Assembly: GCA_964016885.1 (NCBI GenBank)
Contig: OZ024746.1
Coordinates: 58,962,001 to 59,026,000, forward strand
Source: Eledone cirrhosa
Lineage: Eukaryota
Length of the DNA: 64,000 nucleotides
Direction: 5' to 3'
A program made the position numbers and the translations under genes. Shown piece by piece: positions 1-12,998 of this stretch (position 1 is its first letter; the number at the start of each line of letters is the position of its first letter). The notes under the pieces are model-generated. The model saw nothing but the letters and a program-made list of their open reading frames with translations. It searched no databases and was not told the DNA's origin.

Positions 1-198
1 GCCCCAGCTAACAGGACAGACACGCGTGGTAAGTAATACACACATAAGCACATATACATACGTTCGAAATAGTAAACACATACACACACTCTCACACATA
101 AATATACATATACAAATACATAAACACGTACATACTCATACATACACAAACACGTACACGTATACAATATAAACACACACATGTATATGTAATTATAT

Positions 199-283
<85 letters not shown>

Positions 284-1505
284 GATACATACAAAAATAT
301 AAAAATATAAACGCACACACACATATAAATACGTAAACACACATATACATACATAGCTAAACAATTATACACATGCAAATACGTATATATCAAAAGAACG
401 CACAACCAAAAACAAACACACACACATATACACACACACACACACCCACATACAAACCCACACATACATAAAAATAAATAAATACACACGCACACATATA
501 CATACATACACATACATATACATATATACATATATACATATATATATATACACATATATATATAAAAATATACATATATACACACATACACGTACACATA
601 CACACATGCATACACATACACACACACATATACATGTGTGTATGTGTAAAGCTCAGTATTAGATAAGACAAATGAACCTTACATAAACGTATATATAGTA
701 GTAAAGTAATAAAGCCATACAAGGCAATTAATCCATTCACCAGAGGTTTCTTAAAAGCAAAAAAAGTTTCCTTCAATCTTCAGAATGAAAAAAAGCCTGG
801 TTTATCCACATATACATACATATACACACACAAATATACAAATATATACACACATACAGACACGCACACACACACATATATATATATACATATACATATA
901 TATACAGACATATATACATATATATATAAACATATACATACATATACATACATACATACACATATATATACATACACAAACATATACGTACACATATACA
1001 TATATACACACAAAAATACATACACATACACATAGGTATGTGAAGGGCAAAACAAAAAGAATATATGGGGGGGTCTAAGAGGAGGTAAAAATATAAGGGG
1101 AGGGAAGGGAGAAAAATTTTTTTAAATATACAAGAGTACAGAAGGTAGAAGCAGCAAAATAAAAACCGTAGCAAAGGTAAAGAGCAGAGAAGGAGTTCAA
1201 GGCGGTTGATTTATCGTAGGAGTGTCAATCCAGTTACAGATCAGATGCGATTTCAGATGAGGACAGCATCTGAAGATCTCAGTCTTAGAGTTAAGGCAAG
1301 CGGAAGTGTCTCTCAAGTTTAGCAAAATCCTATACTTTTCTGTGGTACACAAAGAACAATTCTTTGTGCCCCTTTGGTACTCCCTCGAATGGTCTAATAT
1401 AGACCAATCAATAGAGTACGGGATATTACTATCCTTGAGATCCCATACCTTACTTGCGAGGGCCGTTGATGTTCGTTTATCTGAGTGTTTAAAAGAAGCG
1501 ACATG
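1..1505 (-). mobile_element. Inverted copy of the PLE-1 3' region (reverse complement of 2466-3960); probably continues off the window's left edge
   Basis: Position 1 gccccagctaacagg is the reverse complement of 3946-3960; 1501-1505 acatg pairs with 2466-2470; the arms are near-identical. Confidence 0.95.
733..790 (-). ncRNA. Type I hammerhead ribozyme, GUG-triplet variant (mirror of 3181-3238)
   Basis: Reverse complement: tcatt CTGAAGA ttgaagg..tgcttttaa GAAAC ctctg GTG aatgg. Confidence 0.7.
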
Positions 1506-1506
1506 A

Positions 1507-2774
1507 AAAACTTTACTTTTTACTAATGATAATATTTGGGTTAAAAAGTCAAACCCTGAAAACTCTTTCGATGTTGCAATGGGTTCTTATGACAGTGCGG
1601 ATGTGTGCGACTTAGTAGGATTATTCCTTCTCCACACACTCAAAGAGAAATTTCCGTCCCATAATATCGGTTTATACCGTGATGACGGATTAGCAGTTTC
1701 TCATACCACCAATGGCCATAATCTTGATAAATTCCGTAAAGATTTAATTAGTACCTTTGCTAATCTTAACCTTAAAATTACTATAGATACGAACCTTACT
1801 AATGCTAACTTTCTTGATATTAATCTTGATCTACTTACTGCCTCTTTTAACCCCTATCATAAACCTAATGAAAATCTTAGGTATATACACAAAGAGTCTT
1901 GCCATCCCCCTATAGTTTTTAATAATCTTATTCCTAACATTAGCCGTAGGATTTCTACCTTATCTTCGTCTATAGACATTTTTAATAAAGCCGCCCCTTA
2001 TTATAATAAAGCCCTTAAGAACAGCGGTTTTACAGAAAATATTTCTTATTTACCTACTCCCCCCCCCCCTAAAACTAACCATGATAACAGGAAAAGGAAC
2101 ATTATTTGGTTCACACCCCCTTCTCTCTAAATGTCAAAACTAATGTAGGAAGGAAATTCCTTGAACTATTAGACAAACATTTTCCTCCTATTCATAGATA
2201 TTATAAGATTTTTAATAGGAATGTAGTTAAGATCAGCTACTCTTGTTGCCCATCCATGAAGTCCAAAATCACCAGTTCAAACCGTACGAGGATAAATCCA
2301 GGATGCAGTTGCAGGAAGCCGGATGAATGCCCATTGCAGGGTAAATGTAACACAAAATCTGTCGTTTATGAGGCTAAAATAACGCCAGTTATCAACAACC
2401 AGCCAGCCAGAAGCGAGCGATATGTCGGTATGACCCAGGACAGATTTAAAACCAGATTTTACTCACATGTCGCTTCTTTTAAACATTCAGATAAACGAAC
2501 ATCAACGGCCCTCGCAAGTAAGGTATGGGGTCTCAAGGATAGTAATATACCGTACTCTATTGATTGGTCTATATTAGACCATTCGGGGGAGTACCAAAGG
2601 GGCACAAAGAATTGTTCTTTGTGTACCACAGAAAAGTATAGGATTTTGCTAAACTTGAGAGACACTTCCGCTTGCCTTAACTCTAAGACTGAGATCTTCA
2701 GATGCTGTCCTCATCTGAAATCGCATCTGATCTGTAACTGGATTGACACTCCTACGATAAATCAACCGCCTTGA
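1507..2774 (+). pseudogene. PLE reverse transcriptase-GIY-YIG ORF, 5'-truncated, with one frameshift at the C run 2116-2120
   Basis: ORFs 1579-2130 and 2106-2774 join into WFTPPFSLNVKTNVG if one C is added; the frame is open from 1507 (KTLLFTNDNIWVKK). Confidence 0.9.
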
Positions 2775-3180
2775 ACTCCTTCTCTGCTCTTTACCTTTGC
2801 TACGGTTTTTATTTTGCTGCTTCTACCTTCTGTACTCTTGTATATTTAAAAAAATTGTTCTCCCTTCCCTCCCCTTATATTTTTACCTCCTCTTAGCCCC
2901 CCCCCATATATTCTTTTTGTTTTGCCCTTCACATACCTATGTGTATGTGTATGTATTTTTGTGTGTATATATGTATATGTGTACGTATATGTTTGTGTAT
3001 GTATATATATGTGTATGTATGTATGTATATGTATGTATATGTATATATATATATGTATATATGTCTGTATATATATGTATATGTATATATATATATATGT
3101 GTGTGTGCGTCTGTATGTGTGTATATATTTGTATATTTGTGTGTGTATATGTATGTATATGTGGATAAACCAGGCTTTTT

Positions 3181-3238
3181 TTCATTCTGAAGATTGAAGG
3201 AAACTTTTTTTGCTTTTAAGAAACCTCTGGTGAATGGA
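3181..3238 (+). ncRNA. Type I hammerhead ribozyme, GUG triplet (predicted poorly or non-cleaving)
   Basis: tcatt CTGAAGA [stem II] GAAAC ctctg GTG aatgg; paralog of 4276-4335. Confidence 0.72.
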
Positions 3239-3710
3239 TTAATTGCCTTGTATGGCTTTATTACTTTACTACTATATATACGTTTATGTAAGGTTCATTT
3301 GTCTTATCTAATACTGAGCTTTACACATACACACATGTATATGTGTGTGTGTATGTGTATGCATGTGTGTATGTGTACGTGTATGTGTGTATATATGTAT
3401 ATTTTTATATATATATGTGTATATATATATATGTATATATGTATATATGTATATGTATGTGTATGTATGTATATGTGTGCGTGTGTATTTATTTATTTTT
3501 ATGTATGTGTGGGTTTGTGTGTGGGTGTGTGTGTGTGTGTATATGTGTGTGTGTTTGTTTTTGGTTGTGCGTTCTTTTGATATATACGTATTTGCATGTG
3601 TATAATTGTTTAGCTATGTATGTATATGTGTGTTTACGTATTTATATGTGTGTGTGCGTTTATATTTTTATATTTTTGTATGTATATATTTATATATATA
3701 TATATGTGTG

Positions 3711-3761
<51 letters not shown>

Positions 3762-4275
3762 ATATAATTACATATACATGTGTGTGTTTATATTGTATAC
3801 GTGTACGTGTTTGTGTATGTACGTGTATGTACGTGTTTATGTATTTGTATATGTATATTTATGTGTGAGAGTGTGTGTATGTGTTTACTATTTCGAATGG
3901 TATGTATATGTGATTATGTGTGTATTACTTACCACGCGTGTCTGTCCTGTTAGCTGGGGCATGTATCGCTGTCAAAATTTGTTAATATATATTTATATAT
4001 ATTTTTCTTATATTTATTTGCGTGTGTTAATATGTAGTGGAGTGCATTCATGTATGTGTATGTATGTACGTTGTATGTTTGTGTGAATGTATGTATATGT
4101 GTGTGTATATATATGTGTGTGTGTATGTGTATGCTTGTACACACACATGTGTGTGTGTGTGTTTGCATGTGTAGTTTTATTTTATTTTTCCTTTCCTTCT
4201 CCCTTTTCCAGCCTCACTTTCATATAGATTGCATTTTTGTTTTTAGAAACCATATTCAATAAACAAACCAGGATT

Positions 4276-4335
4276 TTTCATTCTGAGGATTGAAAGCAAA
4301 ACCTTTTGCTTTTAAGAAACCACTGGTAAATGGAA
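4276..4335 (+). ncRNA. Type I hammerhead ribozyme (GUA) in PLE-1 3' end
   Basis: ttcatt CTGAGGA ttgaaagcaaaa-cc-ttttgcttttaa (12-bp stem II) GAAAC cactg GTA aatgga. Confidence 0.88.
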
Positions 4336-4434
4336 TAATTGCCTTATGTTGTTTATTACATAATAATAATAATTAAGCTCTGTTGCATACATAGAGCACT
4401 CTTTTTTCCTGGACTTTTCCGATGGAATTACTTC

Positions 4435-4490
<56 letters not shown>

Positions 4491-4499
4491 GTATATATG

Positions 4500-4588
<89 letters not shown>

Positions 4589-4597
4589 GTATATATG

Positions 4598-4693
<96 letters not shown>

Positions 4694-4699
4694 TGTGTA

Positions 4700-4744
<45 letters not shown>

Positions 4745-4753
4745 GTATATATG

Positions 4754-4840
<87 letters not shown>

Positions 4841-5232
4841 TAATATTTGATGAACATTTACATGTTATAGTTGCAATTGACTAATAAGATCGCTAGAGTG
4901 AAAAATCTTAATTCAACAACATAAGGTCTGCCTGTACGATCTAGAAAATAATAAATCAATACTCACAGACTCATATGGGCAAAAAGCCTTGGTACCTAGA
5001 CACGTTTAAAATTCAAAATACAAACTTTTTCCGCAGATCGGTCAGAACTTCAAACTTCAAACATGTTTCACAAAGGATGGTATAATAGTAAAATAATTAA
5101 CTAATTAGCAGTGAGTTAATCAACTTTTTCTGTGTTTATCAATAGGCACCCAGATACAAATAAAATAACTCAACCTCAGAAAAATATCTAAGGTCTGGTT
5201 AGCGTAGCGAAAATACACGAGGTTTTGCACAC

Positions 5233-5430
5233 GAAGGAAATGTGGTAAGGAACCAGGTGGACCATAACGCACCAAAGTACTCAATACTTAGGGTAGTAGA
5301 GTGGTTAATAGGAACCAGTAAGACCCCGACGGCTGAGCTCAAGCCGTTTAGACGGCTAATTCAGGACTGAATTCAGTCTAGAATTAGCCGTCGAAACGGC
5401 TTGAGCTCAGCCGTCGGTGTCTTACTGGTT

Positions 5431-5435
<5 letters not shown>
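5233..5435. mobile_element. Fold-back element family F1 (mirror-image half-hammerhead), copy 1
   Basis: Palindrome taggaaccagtaagaccccgacggc...gccgtcggtgtcttactggttccta plus a unique tail; homologs at 17601, 34257, 39431 (partial), 41171 and 56993 (partial). Confidence 0.8.
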
Positions 5436-5506
<71 letters not shown>

Positions 5507-5591
5507 TGTATGTGTATATATGTGTATATATATATTACCAACAAATTGAATATCCCTTCTGCTTATGTATATATATATATATGTATGCGTA

Positions 5592-5677
<86 letters not shown>

Positions 5678-5678
5678 T

Positions 5679-5769
<91 letters not shown>

Positions 5770-5810
5770 CATATATACACATACATGTATATATATTTTC
5801 TGGAGTATAA

Positions 5811-6139
5811 TATACAATGATATTAAATAAATGGAAATTATATTTATAAAACCATATTTATTCTATTATATATATTTCAAGGGTACCAAAACTTTGGTAC
5901 CCGCTCATCAGATAAGATACAAAGTTTGTTTTATAAATTTTGACATAACCAAGAAAAGATACCTTAACGGTTCAAGTTTTTCTTGGATTGTCACTATCCA
6001 AGAAAAACTTGAACCGTTAAGGTATCTTTTCTTGGTTATGTCAAAATTTATAAAACAAACTTTGTATCTTATCTGATGAAATATATATAATAGAATAAAT
6101 ATGGTTTTATAAATATAATTTCCATTTATTTAATATCAT

Positions 6140-6143
<4 letters not shown>
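5811..6143. mobile_element. Fold-back element between (TA)n tracts carrying a hammerhead on the minus strand
   Basis: Near-perfect inverted repeat with turn at about 5989-5995; related copy at 18407-18560. Confidence 0.85.
5861..5918 (-). ncRNA. Type I hammerhead ribozyme
   Basis: Reverse complement: tcttat CTGATGA gc gggtaccaaa-gt-tttggtaccc tt GAAA tatata TA atag. Confidence 0.75.
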
Positions 6144-6229
<86 letters not shown>

Positions 6230-6414
6230 TCAGAGCAAACATCATGGACGCTCTATCTCAAAATTATTTTTGAAAAGCATTTAGAAATGCGCAGCCGGTA
6301 AATCTTAAAACCAAAACTGAATACTAACCAATACAATTACTAATTCTCATTTATTCCTAATTAAACTATTTTTCACTGTGAACAATTTGTCAGCATTTTC
6401 TATTCCGTTTACCA

Positions 6415-6468
<54 letters not shown>

Positions 6469-6543
6469 GTTATATACATATATATGTATATATATAAATA
6501 CATACATATATGTATACATATATAAATATGTATATATTAAATA

Positions 6544-7050
6544 CTAGCAGTGGTACCCAGCGTTGCACGGGATAAGGTATTTTGGAACGCGGGTCGCCAA
6601 CAGACCTAATCGTGGAAAAACTACATGCCTGGACAATATGTAAAGAAAATAAACCGAATACTCTGATGGCTGGATAATCTTTAAGATTTTCCTCGATGAA
6701 GCAGGAAAAATTCAGGTTCTCACCTAATACAGGCCCTAGTGGATCAAGGAAATAATTTTTTGTGTGCCTTGAAATTTCGGGAAAAGCGGCTAGAGTACCG
6801 CCTCCTAAAAGCCATAAAAAGCTTTTAAAATGAAGTTTTTCACCTAATGCGGGCCCTAGGCCTTAAAAAAGTTGGAATTTCTTTGCTCACGGACTGACAA
6901 GGAAATCGGTCTGACGTAACGCCTCAATTAACCCCCTAAAAACCTGAAAAAACGCTGTCAATGATGACCAAAAGGTGTGTTAGAACACCCTCAAGTGTCT
7001 TGAAACCAGAACAGACCTGTATTTTTTTCTCTGGCACACTTCCTATATAT
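6544..7050 (-). mobile_element. Non-autonomous Helitron-like element
   Basis: Minus-strand 3' end cccgtgcaacgctggg hairpin + taccactgCTAG|t; the same end occurs at 19704; 5' end approximate. Confidence 0.6.
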
Positions 7051-7114
7051 ATATACGTATATACACTGTAGTTTGAGTTTGATAAAGATATCCAAGGGTA
7101 AGAGCACTCAGTTC

Positions 7115-7170
<56 letters not shown>

Positions 7171-7395
7171 GGGATAACAGGTTATCGTTATAGGCAGTCC
7201 ACGACTGAAAACGAGTGGTTATAAACAAAGTATTGGAGTCGATTGACGCAACATCAAGCGAGTAGCGGACTCTAAACCTACCAGATCAAAGAAACAATTG
7301 TCAGCAATGCGAATAAAGCCCTTATTGTATAGCAAACCATGTCACTCTTATTTCTTATATATATATAATTTATAATAAACAATACGATATAATTA

Positions 7396-7466
7396 CCTCA
7401 TTACCAGAGGTTTCCCGAATAAGACGATAACAAGAAACGTCCTCATTCGTTCGTCCTCAAGAAAGG
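7396..7466 (-). ncRNA. Degenerate hammerhead in a PLE-like 3' UTR remnant (about 7355-8060)
   Basis: Reverse complement: TTGAGGA...cgaatgaggacg/cgtcttattcg..GAAAC ctctg GTA atgagg; stem III nearly identical to the PLE-1 HHRs. Confidence 0.55.
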
Positions 7467-8176
7467 AAAAAGTCTAATGTGCAAAAAAAATATAAATATA
7501 TGTAATGCAAGAGATATATAAAAATAAAATAAGGAAATATAGTTAGGGTATGTGTATATATGCGTGTATATGCACTCATAAATGTACATATGTGTGTATG
7601 TACAAATGCATGTGTATAGTGAAAAAATGTGTGCGTAAGTACAAATATGAGGGCAAGTATATCAGTCTATGTGTGACCACAAATACGTATATAATATATG
7701 TTGAAAAAAGAAATTGTAAGAGTTAACATACATAAAGACGCAGGGACTAAGGATTGACACACATAAAAGTATGAAAGCACACACACGCGCGCAACCACAT
7801 ACATGCAAGTGATATATACAGGGAAGGGAGTGTATCAGTCAAAGCAGTTTCAGGCTGAAGATAGATACATATATAAAAAATATAAAATATGAAAATGAAA
7901 AAATGAAAAAATATATGAGAATAAAAAAATTAAATCGAAGAGTAAGTAAGAGGGAGGGGTTATCAATTATAAAGTAATACTAGAAAAAATAGAAAACATA
8001 CATAGGTTCGTACATACACATATATATAAAAATATATATATAAATACGTACAGACAAAAGCACATACATGCGTACATACATACAAAAGCGCGCATACATA
8101 CACACGAAGCACATATATATACGTACATGTACATCTAATCACACGCACGCACGCGACTATATATATATATATACAT

Positions 8177-8259
<83 letters not shown>

Positions 8260-8285
8260 AACAAAAGATGGTTAAAGGAGTTCCA

Positions 8286-8358
8286 TGTATTTTATTATGC
8301 GCATTTCAAAAACAAACATCATCATGCAATAATATTTGTGTTTTCATCAGATAAAACA
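8286..8358 (-). ncRNA. Type I hammerhead ribozyme with palindromic stem III (AUGCGCAU)
   Basis: Reverse complement: gttttat CTGATGA aaacacaaat..atgtttgttttt GAAA tgcgca TA ataaaat. Confidence 0.85.
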
Positions 8359-9352
8359 GGAGGACATGATATGAAGGCTAAAAAACACTTGTGGATAGTG
8401 CAGTTTTAAATCAACATATGAGAAGTAGTTTTAGATTGATGTGTGATATTGGGAAAAATATTTTATTTAGAGGGGGGGGGGTGAAAAAAAGAGGAGGAGA
8501 TGAGACTGAAGGTGGAGAGGGAGGAATATAATGAGGAAGGATGAGATAGGAGGAGAGATGGGTGATAGAGAGAGGGAGATAGTTTTTATACCTGAGAAAG
8601 ATATATTGTTTTACATAGAGAGGTTGAAAACCGTTGGAAGATAATGTATGAATTAAAAGAATTTGAAAATTAACGAAGGGAAAAATATGTGCGAAGAAGG
8701 AGAGGGAGTTAATATGCATTGAGAATAATGAGTTTAATGATAGAGAGAAGAGAATAATGAATTGCGGATGAATATTCTAACGTCAAAAAAAATGTATTTG
8801 TTTACGAAGGATTTTTATAAGGTGATATAAATTTTGAATGTGTTGTATTATGTAAATAATTGATTCTATGTTAGGCAAGAGTGAGAAAAGGTACAGATTA
8901 GGGGTTAGATATTAGAGGAGAGGAAAAGGAAGTGATAAATGTGGGTGGTGTAGAAAGAGTCTACAAGTATTATTTGAAAATTAACGAAGAGAAAAAAAGT
9001 TAAGGTTTGTATATTGAAAGATTTGAGAAAAATAATGTGAAGTTAAGGTTTGTATATTGAAGGAATTGATAATATGTGCGAAGAAAAAGAAAATATTAAT
9101 ATGTATTGAGAATGAGTTAGATGATAGGGAGAAAAAAATAATAAATTAAGGATGAATAATCTGGCGTCAAAACAAATGTATATGTTTACGAAGGATTTTA
9201 CAAGGTGAAATAGAGTAAGGGTAATGAGTAAACAAGTATTATAGAGTGTATAATACCCTTTGAAATAAGGTAGGAAGATGGGTGTATTTTAAAAGAGGTG
9301 TATGTATATGTGCCTTTGAGAAAAAGATTCTAAATTGATAAAGAATTGAATA

Positions 9353-11195
9353 TTAGCTGTATACTTTGTGAAATGTTTTATGGAATTTATGCAAGCAGAT
9401 AGAAAACAAGTCAGTGCGTCTATTTATTATAGAATCTAGATTAGAGATAATGGTAAATTTTTCATTTAGGCAGAGATTGCAGATTTTATATAGAGAACTG
9501 TTCAAGGATGAAGACGCAGAAGAAACCTTCTTCCAAAAGATGGTATATTTAATGTTTTTGTCTTTCAAGGACCATATGAGTTCTGAGAGAGCCGTGTTGG
9601 TTCTTTTAAGTTTGTATTTAAAAGATGAATGATGATTATAGAGACGATCTTTAAAAGAGGTGGAAGTGGAGCCAAAATAGGTGAAGGAATTGGTGTCAGT
9701 TATAACTTTACATTCATAAATTAAGTTTTTATCAAGACAATGGTTGTTGAGAGGACATTTATTTTTAATAGGGCAATTGCAATTGCAAATAGAGAGATTA
9801 TTAATGAGTGACCTAGTGTTATCTATAGAAGGAATTGGATTGGAGAAGTTGTTTGCGATAGGAATAATAGTTTCTTGATTTAGAGTTGGATTAGGAACAT
9901 TTAGCGAAGTTGTGTTTGACGTTGTATTTGGGTTTGCAGAAATTAGCCTAGGGTTTACAATGACGTCGGGAGTACTATTACTATTATTATGAAATTCAGT
10001 GTTGGAAGGAAGAGATTTAGTATTTAGCATTTTATTGTTGTGTTTAGAGATAATGTTGGAAATATTGGAGGATGTAGAATATGAAAATGTTATGGTGTGT
10101 TTGTTAAATATTTTACTATAGATATGTGAGGGAGGGAAGCATTTATTTAAGGCACTAAAGAATAATTTAGGAATATTGTTATTAATAGAGATGGAGAAAG
10201 GAGCATTATACCAGATTATGTTTTTGTATCTAGGTCTTTTATTAAAGTTATTGGAATGATCATGATTAATTATTCTACTGTAAGTTCTTCTAGAATTTGT
10301 TTCTTTACTATATTTATTTTATCAGGATAGCCGGCTTTAGAAAGTGCGTTATTATAGTAATTGGCGTTAGCATCAAAGATGTTTTTATTAGAAGATAGGT
10401 TAGATATTCTTTTTCCAATATTACTAACTATAGCATTCTTGATATTAGTAGGATGGTTAGATTTAAAGTTAACATAATTTAGGTTCTCATTGTTTTTATG
10501 GTAAGGGTAATATAGGCCAGTGTCAAGATTAAGAGATACATCCAAGAAATTAGCTAGTTTGATACTGCTATCAAATTCAATTTTTAGGTTATGTTGATTA
10601 AAGAGATTACGTATATTGTTCTTAATAATATTAAGGTTAACTATATTGCAATTTAAGATAGTAAAGAGTCCAGCGTCACGATAAATTCCACCGCGAAGTT
10701 GAGGAATTTTCCGACTCAAAGAGTTCAAAATAAAGATACCAATTAAATCAGTCAATTGGGATGAATCGGATGCTCCCATTGTGATGTCGAAGTTGTTAGA
10801 TGTATCGGCTCTGGTCCAATATTCGTTGTTGAACTCTAGGATGGTTTTACGTGCGGTGAGAATGATGTGAAGTTCATCTGTGGTGATGTCAGAATATTTA
10901 AGTGCGAAAGATAGAGCCTTATTGAGAAGTGAAGGCGAAATGGAGGAATAGTAGCTGGCAATATCAAATTGAATAAATTTTAGTTTGTTTTTATTATTCA
11001 ATTTGTTGAACCAGCTAATCACTTCAGAAGTACCAAACCATAAATTTAGGTTCAAAGAAGAGCAATTAGAACGAACCTGTGGGATAATTCTATCCAAGAT
11101 GGCTTTACTAACAACCCCCAGATCAGATTTAGAGGGGGCGATTAATCTAACAGGTAGTTCAGTGCGAAAGTTGTTTTTGTGATCCTTGAGATTTA
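9353..11195 (-). pseudogene. PLE RT-GIY-YIG pseudogene (catalytic YRDD changed to YRDA; frame disrupted near 10270)
   Basis: ORFs 10270-11097 (RT) and 9353-10030 (Asn/Pro linker, CxC..C..C knuckle, GIY-YIG). Confidence 0.9.
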
Positions 11196-11209
11196 TCCTC
11201 GGAGGTTAT

Positions 11210-11990
11210 ATATATATATATACATATACATATACACACATATATATAAGTATGTAAAAAACATAGATATAAAAACACACATACACACACACATATACAC
11301 ACACACGCGCACATACGAATGCATTCGTATACATATACAAACGCGCATACACACACATGCACGCTCACACGCATAGATACAATATAAAAACCAGCCGTAT
11401 GAATAAATGAGTAAAAATTATACGCAAGTAAACATACATAAAAGCGGCTGAGAGACAACAGAATATATCTGAAGTTGAAAACGCAAGTGACATATAATAT
11501 CAGGTAGTGAAAGAAAATGGGGAAGTAGAATATGTAAAATTGTGAAAATATAAAGTAAGTGAATCAAAAAGCTGGGGGGGGGGGTCACTGTTTGATGTGA
11601 AGTAAAAATAAAGTTAAAAATAAAAATAAAAGTAAATCAGAAAGAGAAGTCTGTAAAGAGGGTAATTTAAGGAAACTGAAGAACAAGAGTTTATGGAGGA
11701 TAAGTATCTGAAAGTGAGTTAAGTTTATATGAGCTGGAAAGCAAGTGTGATTTCATGTGTGGGCAACTGGTGAACATTTCTGTTTTTGCATTTAGGCAGT
11801 GCATAAGTGAAAAATATTGGATTTTACAGAACCTTAAATCACCAAAAACCTGCCTAAATGCAAAAACAGAACTTTTCACCAGTTACCCACACATGAAATC
11901 ACACTTGCTTTCCAGCTCATATAAACTTAACTCACTTTCAGTTACTTATCCTCCATAAACTCTCGTTCTTCAGGTTCCTTAAATTACCCG
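11210..11990. mobile_element. PLE remnant: GIY-YIG C-terminus with inverted duplication (about 11661-11808 vs 11850-11988) and a minus-strand 3' UTR
   Basis: CISEKYWILQNL...CLNAKTELFTSYPHMKSHLL is homologous to PLE-1 CTTEKYRILLNL..CLNSKTEIFRCCPHLKSHLI. Confidence 0.8.
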
Positions 11991-12005
11991 CTTGGTTTAT
12001 TCAAA

Positions 12006-12068
12006 TTCGTTGCTATGCATATTTCTGTGACAGCCATTATTGGCTGTGACCTCATCAGGCAGTAAGAA
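12006..12068 (-). ncRNA. Type I hammerhead ribozyme
   Basis: Reverse complement: actgc CTGATGA ggtcacagcca-ataa-tggctgtcaca GAAA tatgca TA gcaac. Confidence 0.78.
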
Positions 12069-12153
12069 TAAAAGGCAGAAAAAAACAGGAAACATGTATA
12101 GCGGCGAATTGGAATAAACGAAGCCAACTTTTAACGACCAACACATACTCAAA

Positions 12154-12240
<87 letters not shown>

Positions 12241-12276
12241 TATATAAGTGTATTGCAAAATACATTATATATACAT

Positions 12277-12374
<98 letters not shown>

Positions 12375-12943
12375 CTGTATGTGCGTGTGTGTCTGTGTGT
12401 GTGTCTGTGTGTCTGTGTGTGTGTATGTGTGTGTGTCTGTGTGTGTGTGTGTGGTACGACGAGCTTTTGATTCCAGCGTTGGACCAGATTGATAGAGATC
12501 GAAACTTGAGCTGATCAATAGCGAAACGCGCTTCACCAATCAATAAACGTAATGAAGGCTTAAAGGCTTAATAAATCGTCCTTGTATTATTATATTACAC
12601 TCTGTCAGCTCTACACCTCGTCACTGATATGAACCTAAACATCGAGTGCTCACGAGGATGAACCTACAGTAACCTCACGTTACAATCCCTGGATATATAT
12701 ATAGAGATTTTGAGTTTATGTTGGTTGTATACCAACACCTCAGAATGCAGGCTGGAGCACTCTACGAAGTGCGCAGGTTGGTTTGGTTACTCCGGAGTAG
12801 TGTAAAATAAAGTTAAATAAAAAGTCATATGATTCCAGTTCCTCAGTGAAATAACAACCCAACCAGGAACTGGGCATATCAGAGTATTGACAATATTTTA
12901 CACCTCAACAACATATGTACTTGTCTATACCATACTAATTCAA

Positions 12944-12998
12944 ACTGCCTGAAGAGGTCACAGCCAAAGATGGCTGTCACTGAAATATATATAGCAGT
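12944..12998 (+). ncRNA. Type I hammerhead ribozyme (same family as 12006)
   Basis: actgc CTGAAGA ggtcacagcca-aaga-tggctgtcact GAAA (ta)n TA gcagt; perfect 5-bp stem I. Confidence 0.85.

Larger units (their letters stand above)
1506..4437 (+). mobile_element. Penelope-like element (PLE-1), 5'-truncated: RT C-terminal half, GIY-YIG endonuclease and a microsatellite-rich 3' UTR with two hammerheads; ends at a (TA)n tract
   Basis: Translation gives FDVAMGSYDSADVCDLVGLFLL, GLYRDDGL, NFLDINLDL, KRNIIWFTPP.SLNVKTNVG, then CSCRKPDECPLQGKC...VVYEAKI...YVGMT..RFKTRFYSH; these are typical PLE RT and GIY-YIG motifs. Confidence 0.93.
8259..11195 (-). mobile_element. Penelope-like element (PLE-2), 5'-truncated and decayed, with a 3' UTR ending in a hammerhead and (TA)n
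   Basis: KDHKNNF..PVRLIAPSKSDLGVVSKAILDRI, FIQFDIASYYSSI, FDITMGASDSS, GIYRDAGL, NFLDVSLNL; GIY-YIG LIYECKV..YFGSTSTSFKDRLYNH. Confidence 0.92.

Noticed and set aside
2106-2130. Programmed frameshift between RT and GIY-YIG
   Set aside because: A one-base loss in a C homopolymer inside a normally continuous PLE ORF; mutation or sequencing error is more likely
1-3960. A/G differences between the PLE-1 arms as a footprint of ADAR editing
   Set aside because: Only a couple were seen, mixed with other substitution types; no support
7170-7186. gggataacagg resembling an I-SceI site or rDNA motif
   Set aside because: Partial match only; a similar start at 39541 suggests it is a repeat-element terminus
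12450-12560. Repeat shared with 41545-41652 containing CTGATCA..GAAACGCG
   Set aside because: It is a real dispersed repeat, but the HHR core and stems are not conserved between the two copies
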